64,000 nucleotides of DNA. Source: an uncultured Clostridia bacterium (GTDB taxonomy: Bacteria; Bacillota; Clostridia; Christensenellales; UBA1242). The translations under genes and the position numbers were made by a program. The stretch covers positions 35,143 to 99,142 of the forward strand of contig CALVYR010000001.1 in the NCBI GenBank assembly GCA_944372325.1. Direction: 5' to 3'. Shown in pieces: positions 10,601 through 20,400 of this stretch (its first letter is position 1; each line of letters starts with the position of its first letter). The notes beneath the pieces were generated by a model. It saw nothing but the letters and a program-made list of their open reading frames with translations, searched no databases and had not been told where the DNA came from.

Positions 10601-13600
10601 ACTATGCCACCAACATTATCCCCAACATTGTTAGCATTTAAAAGTGCAACTAAACTTCCAGAAACTTTTAAGCCATTTAGAGAGCCTACATTTATACCAG
10701 CCACACCACCTAACGCTTTTGTGTTAAAGGTTTGAATTTTACCTGTGAATGTAAAATCGCGTTCTGCATTAACTGAATATTTAGTATCATCCAAGCTGAC
10801 AGTTCCACTGTTATAGCCCACTACACCGCCAACATAGATTCCTAAATCGCCATCTAAGAGCGCGCCTGAATTGCTTACATAGAATATATCTTTAACAGAA
10901 ACAAGCCCCTTGCCATTAGCATTTGTTATTGTACCACTAGACAAGCCTGCAATAACACCTACATACACATTTTCTTGAGAGGTTATACTTAAACTCTCAG
11001 CTCTATTTGTATAATCATTTAAAAGTGATACAGAAAGGTTAGAAAGTGTTCCTCTGTTTTCACCACAAATTAAGCCTATATATTTTGCTGAAGTGGTAGC
11101 TGAAAGCGTGCCAGAAATTGTAAGATTTTCAATGCTCGCGCTGTCTTCAACATAGGCAAATAAGCCTAGATAGCTATTTTCACCAATGGTTGTAGCATTT
11201 GAAATATTTAAGTTTGTAAGCCCTGCTCCAGAACCTACGCCTTTAATTGAACCTCTAAGCACACCAAAAGTAGTTAAATTTCTACCACTAAAATCTAATA
11301 TTGTAGATATAGCATAGTGTTTTGAAAGGCTTTCAGAGTTTGATGCTACTTCTATAAACTCATCTACAGAGTTGATATAAATTGGATGCTCTTCCGTTCC
11401 GTTACTTGCAATTATGGTAATATACTGCAAGCTCTGAGAATTTTCAATAAGTTCGTTGGCTTCTTCCTCTTTAGTTGTATACCAATCTTTTGGCACGAGA
11501 TAAAGTCTACCACTGCCAGCCCCGTAAGTGCTGTTATAGTATATTGTAATTTCATTATCAGTTTTGGTAAAGTTGATAATATTTATATTTGTAGTATCAT
11601 CTGGGATAAATTTTAAATCGAATTCCGTGCAATCGGCGTTAGTTGGGTTTAAGAAATATCCACTTGAATAACTAGGGTTTCTATCATCTAGATATATTGT
11701 GCTTTGATAGTTATAAAGCCCAATAGAATTTAATCTTGTGAATTCTTGAAGTTCAAGAGTTGTAACAGTGTAATAATCTATACCCATTAAATTTAAGTTA
11801 AAAGAGAACCAATAGTCGCGGGTTGAAGCTATGTCGTTAGCGTTACATATTATTCTTAAACTCAAATCGTTTTGATCTATGTTGTAACTACCAAAATTAA
11901 TAAGCCTTGTAGAATATGCTGTTTCATCCGCTCCTTGGATAACTCCGTCAACAAGCACAAGGTTATCGCTTGTAATTGAACTTCTAAAAACATAACTAGA
12001 AGAACTATCTACATTTCTTAGGTAAGCTAAAATATCTTCTCCTCTAAGCATTGCTCCCGATGAAAGTATAAGTGTTGGATATAAGGTTACCATGGAATAT
12101 TCTCTTTCAATACCATAGTAATAGCCCACACCATACGCCCATGCAGTGCTAAGGTTATAGATAGGAAGCCTTGTTACACTCTGGTAGTTTCCAGCATTTT
12201 CTTGTTGGAAACTTACACTTTGCACTGGAACATAACATAAAATATTGATTGTATATACAATAGTACTACTATTATCATCTCTAACAAAGTTTGTGATTGA
12301 ACCAAGCGTTATTGTTAGTGTTACTGTAAAATTGGATACATAGACATCTGTGGCAAGATATGGTGATATACTTAAAGTATTACTAAAGTTTGAATATTCA
12401 CAATCTAAAGATGCTACTTCCTCTGGGTTTATATTATAGTTCTCCTCTCCTGAATATAGCGTTGCTATAGATGGTGATGCTAAAAATCTAAATAGCGTTT
12501 CAGAATAGTCCTTTCTATCCATTAAAGTCATGCTAAACGCGTTATCACCAGTTTCTTGGAAGTTTACTATGTTGTCATTCATCTCAACGCCAAAGTCCGA
12601 GCTGGTAACAGAGGCTTCTACATTTACTCTGAGTTCGGCAGACCTGCCGTTTGGAAGATAAATTGTAACTTTTCCCCCACTTCCCACTGCTAATGGTGTG
12701 ATTCTAAGTGCAAGCTGAGGTTCGCCATCCTCTACCACCTGTTCAACTGTAAAATAGTTTGCATTTGAATAGCGATAGGTGAAAATACCCCAATATGCAT
12801 CCTCAGTTATTGTAAAGCCTTCAAAAATTTTTGTAGGCTCGGCATCGTTTAAGTCGAGATATAAAACATCTTGAGTATTTGGATAATTTACTTCAAATTC
12901 CTCAGCCCCTGGAACTATATCTATTTGATAAGTTTTTTGTATACTATTTCCTGCTGTAATATAAGGGCTGGAAACTTCAAAGCGTATGTAAAGCCCTTTT
13001 AAGCCATCGTACACCTTTTTACCTAAAAGTGTTAATGGACTTATAAGAGCATTGTTTTCAAAATCGGCATTTGGAAGAACTACATAACCGTTGGCATTAG
13101 GCTCTCTGGATACATTATTGTAAGAAAGAGTTAAATAGTCTGTCCAATTTTCAATTTTATTGCCACTTGCATCGCAAAAATCTATATTCACTTGAGTAAA
13201 TGTGGAATCTGTTGAATAGATTATTGGCGTTAAGCTTACGCTTGCAATTGTGACATTATAGTTTACATCAAAAAGTTGAATTGTTTCACCATCTTCTAGT
13301 TCGTTTACACTTATAGAATTTGGCGCACTGACAATATCTATTGCATATTGAAGAGTAACCAAATAGCCCTCATAATTTTCATAGTTAAGGGTTATTGTTA
13401 AAACATCCTCTCCAACATACACAGTTTGAACTTTAAATTTAAAGGAATTGTTTGTTTTTTCTTCAATTTCTACAATTGAAAAATTTGTGCTAGCTGAAGC
13501 AGTAACATTTGTAGCACTTGAATTTAAGGATAGCTCTAACACTGCATTAGCTCTTGAAGAATCGTTGGAAACAAGTTCAAGTGAACTTAGTTCTCCATCA

Positions 13601-14385
13601 CCTGCCTGTTCCCCTACTGGAACAATAAGAACAGGGTTGGCTATAACTAGTCCACCACGCTCTACAAGCCTTAAGCCATCTACGCTAATATCTTCAATGA
13701 TATCTACAGTAAAGGTTTGCTCTAGTGCCGTGTTGTGAACGGATATAGCTTTTAAGGTAAAGTTTGGAGTAAGTACATTAAATACTTCATCGGTTGCTGT
13801 GTAAACCCTTATAGTTAAAATTTCAGCATCGTTTTCTAAAACATTTTCGCAGACGATTTTTGAAACAAGATAGTCTACATCGCCAACAGTGTAGTAATAG
13901 TTTAGATCTGTTTGAACTGTGCTAGCAGGAGTAAATGTGAATAACGATTTTGGATCTAAATTCATTTCAAAGCCAGCTTCCCTTACTACAAAGGCGTTTT
14001 GGCTATTTCTTGAGAAATTTTGTATACTCTCGCTAACTTTAACAGGAACACTTAAGGTTTTTCCACCTTCTAGTGTTCTAATGGAGATATTGCCCTCGCC
14101 CACTGCAAGGGCCTTTATTGTAAAACGAGTTCTGCCAGCATTTAGCGTTTCCGATGAAATAACACTGACAAATTCCCCATCGGGGCTTAAATTTACGCTT
14201 GTGCTTACGCCTCCAGAAATTCCTTCCACGGAAACAGTCAGCTGACGCTCTTCGCCAACTGTCATTTCCAGTGTAGAAAAATCTGTAACAATTTTCATGT
14301 TTTGGTATGGGTCACCGCAGGCAGTGAGCAAAAGCCCACTGACTGCAAGTATAACACCACACAATACCCCGAATAATTTTTTCAT
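4690..14385 (-). CDS. Giant surface lipoprotein (~3,231 aa) with Ig-like N-terminal region and GLUG-like repeat modules
   Basis: Uninterrupted ORF. The preferred start is ATG 14385 (GGAG 7 nt upstream); the ORF-track start at 14397 adds MEKR. Signal peptide MKKLFGVLCGVILAVSGLLLTAC carries lipobox L-T-A-C. There are dozens of G-G-[ILV]-[VA]-G repeats (YVGGIVGINEY, VVGGVVGEMIGG, AVGGIAGYMSNG). Modules are introduced by motifs such as NPYIITSAENFESL and HPIYINSVDEFIEV. Confidence 0.85.
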   Translation of the reverse strand: MKKLFGVLCGVILAVSGLLLTACGDPYQNMKIVTDFSTLEMTVGEERQLTVSVEGISGGVSTSVNLSPDGEFVSVISSETLNAGRTRFTIKALAVGEGNISIRTLEGGKTLSVPVKVSESIQNFSRNSQNAFVVREAGFEMNLDPKSLFTFTPASTVQTDLNYYYTVGDVDYLVSKIVCENVLENDAEILTIRVYTATDEVFNVLTPNFTLKAISVHNTALEQTFTVDIIEDISVDGLRLVERGGLVIANPVLIVPVGEQAGDGELSSLELVSNDSSRANAVLELSLNSSATNVTASASTNFSIVEIEEKTNNSFKFKVQTVYVGEDVLTITLNYENYEGYLVTLQYAIDIVSAPNSISVNELEDGETIQLFDVNYNVTIASVSLTPIIYSTDSTFTQVNIDFCDASGNKIENWTDYLTLSYNNVSREPNANGYVVLPNADFENNALISPLTLLGKKVYDGLKGLYIRFEVSSPYITAGNSIQKTYQIDIVPGAEEFEVNYPNTQDVLYLDLNDAEPTKIFEGFTITEDAYWGIFTYRYSNANYFTVEQVVEDGEPQLALRITPLAVGSGGKVTIYLPNGRSAELRVNVEASVTSSDFGVEMNDNIVNFQETGDNAFSMTLMDRKDYSETLFRFLASPSIATLYSGEENYNINPEEVASLDCEYSNFSNTLSISPYLATDVYVSNFTVTLTITLGSITNFVRDDNSSTIVYTINILCYVPVQSVSFQQENAGNYQSVTRLPIYNLSTAWAYGVGYYYGIEREYSMVTLYPTLILSSGAMLRGEDILAYLRNVDSSSSYVFRSSITSDNLVLVDGVIQGADETAYSTRLINFGSYNIDQNDLSLRIICNANDIASTRDYWFSFNLNLMGIDYYTVTTLELQEFTRLNSIGLYNYQSTIYLDDRNPSYSSGYFLNPTNADCTEFDLKFIPDDTTNINIINFTKTDNEITIYYNSTYGAGSGRLYLVPKDWYTTKEEEANELIENSQSLQYITIIASNGTEEHPIYINSVDEFIEVASNSESLSKHYAISTILDFSGRNLTTFGVLRGSIKGVGSGAGLTNLNISNATTIGENSYLGLFAYVEDSASIENLTISGTLSATTSAKYIGLICGENRGTLSNLSVSLLNDYTNRAESLSITSQENVYVGVIAGLSSGTITNANGKGLVSVKDIFYVSNSGALLDGDLGIYVGGVVGYNSGTVSLDDTKYSVNAERDFTFTGKIQTFNTKALGGVAGINVGSLNGLKVSGSLVALLNANNVGDNVGGIVGLNAFSQSGTGGTIQNCITRAYVEAGNYVGAIAGKNTYSIGSGTGTEAISGTIENNIVQLCYNGTLNYLIYAKTGTYAYTFAGDDTLESLSATNKAYYYSEYPENEPIRPILYMNDSGTREYKLGSFEFSEESIEVDVINSTLLAGDDVVSYMFYYSAENSSEQTLISALNTQEFPVKFINPENVTLTSGDSKILTFDEDGNAKLWGTGLVEITVTSILNTDVRMTVYVYVLNVAQEFKVKLYSETYLANQGSYIGVKLNGSIELTLEYSTPSVTEIDGVQITDDYGIPTAVELVDNKDFSANVTLTIDGAPQTAVTSSLIGQTLVLKANQDETRIIDLNISPRYSFFVNGNEYTLDFNFLTGDKDFNALVMVEKGTTNILLNTAEISVEPNDEFTINLEEWITDDKSDYIEITYAKITDTGINYDYFDVLSSTLDKETITDGGTTRVIYRYKEGVMPSFTFRYNIFDTRYSQGYEGVYYINFTAENGYRQTLIVNLITQTVNSITYKNYYDINISDFDITAESIDTISPDGDNLLEILVYPNIADFDYLELTNSEDNYTNGNNAIFSLSEIRTNDGTSQVVDKFGAQSIDGGIRIPKSQFTDGKVYVKYNIASSAQDGSIATFNIVAYKDGTIQKSSTCNIEVRIKDGVYVTIIGKEDAIEGESIFVARGLTYNLDVQIVGFEEDEVYFESTNSQYASISKVDNNYVLTINSTINYVQPNEAGYAVEIDCYGEKVVNGKVYTSGVRTLKLMIVDYVILTDNIVPYSYEENNQNANIVIRNSEAEVVNVSIGNRSELNIGFVNGSTIEYNTQDPTIVQRVSTLEQTLAQNGKWYIKDRTSSDRTLLTTSNLPSNMYYRIEYSSQTGLYSIIPLYINSANNSNYYLSYEVYYTYRNGVVQVVNDNIEDYENFNTDFLIEAYQSGNENNEIPISNYEELMAMQAGAYYILVDDITLEEDFTPIGVSIAGFNGNGHTITFRANWSVDGLQYAGLFEIISEDAIVRNLKLAFNSSANTNVTVTNTNDTSYFGFLAGRNLGTITNCELVGNNNNIYVSMNPNSNSTTYVAGLVGLNEGFITNSRVVTNLVVRRSNLAGLVGINEGSIASSYVKDSNLTNESTISSTNKTAGLVVENGTSLNQDIEIGGLDVPQILTSYVTGTCSTYIYADETNKIWSNVEVSGFVYNNMGVISDCYSNIPINSQSVRAGFVFNNAGLVQNSYSTSTFLSQNRQTDYGFVYTNNYSNQTGKIKDCKYLLGNKNNGIFVSNISGLQALTELDFGNQNYFTTYAMADQTEKTKGVWFYPNANEEPDFKLNGESMTFTYGRPELVAPNIIVNTSQVLESSSTDTTTGEEIYHYSGGEEQGSKYNPYIITSAENFESLILETNVNNRNNKYFRFVRNIDYVEEGILSSALYKTTFIGDIEGNGMTISGLVIDTRDNLNYGGLFAKVGEGLAYVGSIKNLNIKPKYINMPNTSAVGTVAGALESGFLFNVRVDGFEYDASGIVIVGKNIVGGIVGIATNTYKLYNVESSVSASATYRSINYGSSFKFYTSYGSSLNNISYAGVIAGIIEGEGIVRYASATETSRALAEVAGLYFGRIGTNSNVSNLDIELITGQFVNAAYYGGILAGEVAGVVNNITITGSTSNFFRYVPSVPSAVGGIAGYMSNGTIQNVNVYVDLIFPNLEVVGGVVGEMIGGTITNAHKTGNITAMGVAGGIAGYINETCSNDSTIAKRNVTIQNSTVTNGRILVINDNFLSAYVGGIVGINEYEFALEDGSVNALTYPERQIVNCYAEVSLEVNATMYNGLMNVGMGGIVGASFEDLTRTQSTSSGIAIYNNDFKTIYMPESAISEDYVTESGEEVYFSSRCTYTINIQNYRDGGQVNVYYSGIIGIGDAYKENLFFNEDSSIYQTEINHELYYYFDNATGTNNPNKNLTDSSQNVINLSIWEDGENKNIDENPETSENNVNLVRI

Positions 14386-14403
14386 TCTTTTCTCCATTAA
14401 ATT

Positions 14404-17400
14404 TTAAGAATTAGTAAGTTTTAGGAATAAAAGTCCGTTAGTTCTGCTTGAATAGGTATAGAAATCTGAAGAGAATTTTGTTTCAGCCACATTAAAGTCC
14501 TCCCAAGATGTCCAATATTTTTTATTAGTTTCATCATAGTAAACCACATAAGTAATGTTATCGCCATTTTGGATGTAGCCGATGTAAGGAACATCTGTAT
14601 CATCCACAACCCTATAACCGTCATTGAAAGCAACAAAGCTTTCGCCCTCAGCTAAAGTTTTACCCTCAGCTTCTATAGGAGTTGTATAGATAGAATATTC
14701 TTTTGTAGCAACATCATAATCAATATAGCTAAATTCTATTGGAAGATTTTTAAGATAAGGCAAGCCATCATTGATAGCCGGGTCAATCGCCCATGGGCTA
14801 GTATCATTACCTATACTCCAATAATTTACAGTAATAGTCTTATTTCCTCTATCTATTTTAGCTACATTTTCATCTGCGGAAATTCTTCTATCTGCTCTAT
14901 AATAACCTATAATGTAAGCATCATCCTTTTCTCTGTAAACTAAATATGCAAGAGAACTTTCTGCTATATCTTCTCCTTCTGGGAAAATATAATCTGGGTT
15001 TATTGATATTGTAGAACTATTTCCATTTGTTCCTTGATTATAAACATATAAAGCTATTCCTCTATCCAATTGCAAGTTGGAATCATTATACCCTGAATTA
15101 AGTGTAAAGTAAGCCCGACCTTCATCCTCATCAAAGTTTATAGTATAACACTCGCCTAATATTTCTCCTATATATAAAGTAGTATAGCTATCAGAATTTT
15201 GATTAGGAATTTGGTAAATCTGTGCAAGAGTTATATCGCTAAACTGTACTCGTCTTAATGAGGTTAATGTGGTTTGAGCACTAGGTAAGGTGCCTTTTAA
15301 TTTAAACATGCCAGCATATAAATCTCTATGATTAATCATATTTGCATCCTCATATAGTCCATCATCGCCTACAGTTATGGTTATTTCATCAGCTAATCTA
15401 ACATGTACTGGGTTTTCGTAAACTTCAGGACTGGTTTCTCTTTCATATATAACCACATACGGGTTAGTAATAGTGTACCCAGTTATTCTTGAAGTAGGAT
15501 CACCCTCAACTTCATACACTGGTGTTAAATCAAATTCATTTTTATAATAGATTTTAATAAAACTTTGATCACTATTATCGTTACTTATTAATATACCATC
15601 TGAATTACCTTCTGTAGGCATCTTAATAACAACATAATCATCTAAAGAATATATTCTATTTATTTGTCCATCTAATTGCCAAGCATATTTCTTTAATGAT
15701 TGTTCTGTTGCATTACCCACATCATAAATTAGATTTTTATACAAATATTGTTGTCCCATATGAGTAATTAATGAATAATCTTTATTTACATCATTTGGAT
15801 TTGTAGATACATTATCTTTTGAAACAGACATTTCATCTTCTTCCAAATAGTAAGTATAATATCCGTCAACTGCATCAGACTCAATATAACTATAGTTAAA
15901 GGTTACCTCAGATTGATAGTTATTAGAATTAGTTAAATTTTCATAAGATTTCTTTGAATTGGGTTCTCCACCTAGATTATTGTATCCATAATTATAATCA
16001 TATATATCATCACTTGATACAAAAGCGTTATCTTCTAAGAAATAAGAACCATTTATATTTGATTTATAACCAATCGGTGCCACAAATGAATCTGTATATA
16101 TTTTTCTCATCTCACTAGATAAATTTAGATTTAAATAATTAGTACTAGACGAGTAGAAATCATTATTATTATTACTTAATAAATTTTGAGAATAGCTATC
16201 AACAAAGTAATAAGATTGTGAACCATGACTACTATTAATTGTTATATTATAAGCAGAAGAATCTTCACTTTCACCACTATATAACAAGAAATAATTTTGT
16301 TTGTCATCTGGTAGAAATAATGCACACCCAATTTCCACAAGAATAGCAACGCCAACCACAATCCATCCTACAACAGGAACTGTTCCAGCAGCTGCAATAC
16401 CAGCTTTTAGAAGAAGTGCTGAACCTATACTATAAATAATACCTTGTATTGCAGCAGATTCACCCAAAGTATCAAGTATACTGTCTTCATCAAGATAGAC
16501 CTTTCCTGTTTTTACAACATTTACAATTTGAGCATACAATTTGTCACTTAAAACCCTTACATCTTCTTCAGTAGAATTAATAATACTAAAGTTATAATTA
16601 TTTACATCTTCAGCCTTATCACCAATTTTTTCTAAGTCATTATCATCAAAAGCTATTCCACTCATTGTAAAGTCTATTCTACTATTAGTTGTACCAGCTT
16701 CTGTTTTTATAAATTCATCTACATCTTCTTCATTATTTTGAACAACTCCATAATTATAGCAAGCATTTATAGAACAATTAGTACCAATACCAGAAGCATA
16801 AGATTCTCTCATTAACATATGTACATTTATCAAATATACATTATACCTAAAGTTAGATCTTGTACCAATAGCATTTTCCCCATATTTTCTTTCTAAAATA
16901 TAAAAAGATGATACTAATTTATAAGCAGTATTAATTGTAATTTTTCCATCATCACCAATCTTTACAGCTTTATATTCTTTATTTACTGGAATTGGTTCTT
17001 TAGCATTAGATAAAATATATCCTTTATTGTAACAATTGTTTATTACAACATATTTTTTATCCATTATAATAGAAGGAATAATTTCTGCTCCATCATTATT
17101 TCCATAATCAGTTATTATGGCAGAAGTCCCTAAAATACCACTAGCGTAAGCATAAAGTGGAAGGTTTGCTTCCGTTGTTGTTTCTTGCCCTGCAACAATG
17201 TTTCCTGTGTTATAACATTCCTCTATTGTAACAAATATTGTTATTATATTTGTATTTTCATCTCCAGTCCTATCTATAACATAGCCTAGTATTCCGCCTG
17301 CGGTGGTTAAGGTGTTTGGTATGTCTGTTGTGCATTTTCCGTTACTAAATATCTTACCACTGCTACCTGTGTTTGAACACTGCTCGATTAACACATTGCC

Positions 17401-20400
17401 CTCTATTATTGAGCCAACTATACCACCAGCATTGTTAAATGCAGTTACATTGTTGTTTACGCTATGGCAATTAGTTATGGTTAAGTTTCTTCCAATTCCT
17501 ACAATTGAACCTGCAGAGGTTGTGCTTGCATCTGCTTTTTTAGCTGTTATGGTGCTATTAGCTACTATAACATTTTCTATTGTAACAAAGGTTGGGTTGG
17601 TTCCTGTTTCGCCAACATATCCAAATAAGCCCACAGCGTTTTCACTAGAGTTAGCAATGTTTATATTGCTAATTGTCTTATTATTTCCGTTGAAGCTACC
17701 TATAAAGTAGTTATGATCTGCATCAGAAATAGAGCCTGTTTTTTGCGCTGTACCTACAGCAGTTACTGAAGTTATACCGGTGTTAGTAAAATCTATGTCG
17801 TAAACAAGCTCGTAGTTTGCACTCCAGCTGTACATATACTTAGTTTGTGTGCCTATTGTTACAGATGCACTGTTATCTCCAGCTTTGGTCAACTGTTGCC
17901 ACTTGCCCGCACTTGGAATTTGGAATGGATTATTTTGCGTGCCATCACCAGTATCTATTTCCATATATTCAGAATTTGAATCTGAAGATGTGTAAGCCGT
18001 TCCACCAAAATATGGATAACCATAGTTAATGCTTGGATCTTGTGCAAATTTTACAGGTGATAGATATTTAGATACTGTTACACCATTATTTGTAGTAGTT
18101 GCAGTTAAAACCTCAGTATTAATGCTAAAGCTTGTACCATCTGTGCTTACTGTGTAAGCAGACATTTGGTCAACAGTTAATACTGTTCCATTTTTTGATG
18201 TATTTTCTGTAGCAGATTTATCGTAATAGTTAGAACTATTTGCGCCCACGCCAAACACGCCAGTATCTGAGTTATGTAGCCTAGATTTTGCCTTGGCTAT
18301 TGTATAGCTGTTTGCTACAGTTGCTGAGTTTTCATCATAGCTAAATGAATAAACTTTTTCTTTTTCTGCAGGAGAAGTTAAATTAGATTGAATATAGCCT
18401 GTGCTATAGCAAGAATCTATTTGACCACGGTTTTTACCAACAAGTCCGCCAAGATAAGCGTTGTCGATTACAGAGTCGTCGGTTACAATATCAACCATAG
18501 AGAAGGACTCTGAAATATAGCCAGTAGCTTCGTTGATAGCAACTAAACCACCTACAACCAATTCTTGAATATCATAAGTAAGCAAGCCACTTACTATAGT
18601 TTCAGGAATGTTATTTACGCTAATTCCACCAGAAAGACCTTTAGTTGATTCTATTTCTGGGTCATCGGATGCTTCTGTAGAATTTATTGAGTTACAAGCA
18701 TAAACTATACCCTCATTAATTCCAACAAGACCAGCATAGTAAACTGTGCCAGTATTTACTTGACTTTCACCTGTGCCTGTGCTTATGCCAGTGAAATGCT
18801 CTGAATCGTTGTTAGCTCTTGTATCTACTAAAACGCTAACGCCAGTTACAAAGCTATCGGAATCTAGTTCGTTTATGAAAGTGTTGGCTATATAATTGCT
18901 ACTTCCGTCTTCTGGTGTTTCAGAAGTAATTTGAATTTTAGTGCCATCACCAAATATTGCAGAATTTACTAAGTTTAGATTATATAGGTTTCTAGCAAAG
19001 GTGGAATCCGTTGAAGTTTCTACTTTAAAGTATTTTCTCTCAACTGTATTTGTTGAGAATGGATCATCACCTGCAGAACCTAAATAGGTGTTGTATACAG
19101 AGTCTGGAGCATCTGTGTTATTTTCTATTGCCCAAGTATTTTCAGTTTCATTGTATCTAGCCACAGGTTGCCTATTGCCATTTAAATTGATCTCAATAGA
19201 ATTATCTTTAACATAGAATGGGTTTAGTTTACTGCCAAAGTGAGCAGAAGTTATAAGATTTGATACGCCAAGTCCGCTTTCTGTGCTTGTTACAACTTCT
19301 AATATTCTTCCGTAGCTAATATTTGTAGCTTTTAATGAGTTGGCTTCCACTTCTGAGTCAGAAGCTGTCATTAAGCTTAACTGGTTAGAATAATAGTTTT
19401 CCATACCACCATTATTAGTAGTTCCGTTTAAAGAGCCAGCAATAACGCCTATAGCAATAACGCCTATGTTATCTGCACTAGTTCTTGCGTAAGGATAAAT
19501 TATACTTGCTAAAGAGTAGTTCGTGTAAAGTTGAGCACCTTGAACGCCTATTCCTATAATTCCACCTAAGTAAATGTTTGCAGGTTTAATTTTAAATTGT
19601 AGATCGGTGTAAACAACATTAGAACTTATATCAATGTTAGCTGTGTTTGAGGTAGAACTATCGCTATTACCATCCAATGAACCAACAAGTCCGCCAGCCT
19701 TAGCAGAATTAACAATTAATTTATCGCCTACTTCAAGACCACCGCCTGAAACGGAATTGGTAATCTTTAATAATGGTTGAGTGTTATTTGATGCATTTTG
19801 CTCTGGAATTAAACCAACAAAACCACCATAGAAAAGATCCTTTGATGAAACATTAAACAAGCTTTCATTTAAGGAAGATGTAATGCTTGAAATTGTTGTG
19901 TCTAATATATCAACAGAGCCATACTTAAAGTCTATTACAGCAACTATTCCACCAAAGATATTGTTTTTAGCAGTAACAGATGAATTTTGCGTGAAGTTTA
20001 CATTGTTGCCTGAAATTAAGTTTGTAGCATTAAACCTTTGACCTACATAGCCAACTACGCCACCTACATAGGATAGTGCAGAAGAATTTATGGTTGTAGT
20101 GCCCTCGGTTTGAATATTATTTAGTAATATACTGCCATCTACTCTACCAATAGCGCCACCATAGAAGAAGAATTTGTTATTTGTACTGCCACTTACTGAA
20201 GTAGAATCTTCTACGCCTGTGATATTTAGGTAAATTTCGTTATTTACATAGTATCTAAAGGTTGGGTTATCTAAGGATATAGCCTCTACAGTAAATTGAG
20301 AATTAGTTGAGCCAGTAATTCTACCAAATAATCCACCAACGCTAGCAAACTTAGCAGTTACTGCTTCTATCTTATCAGCTGTCTCTTCGTCGTCGCCGTC

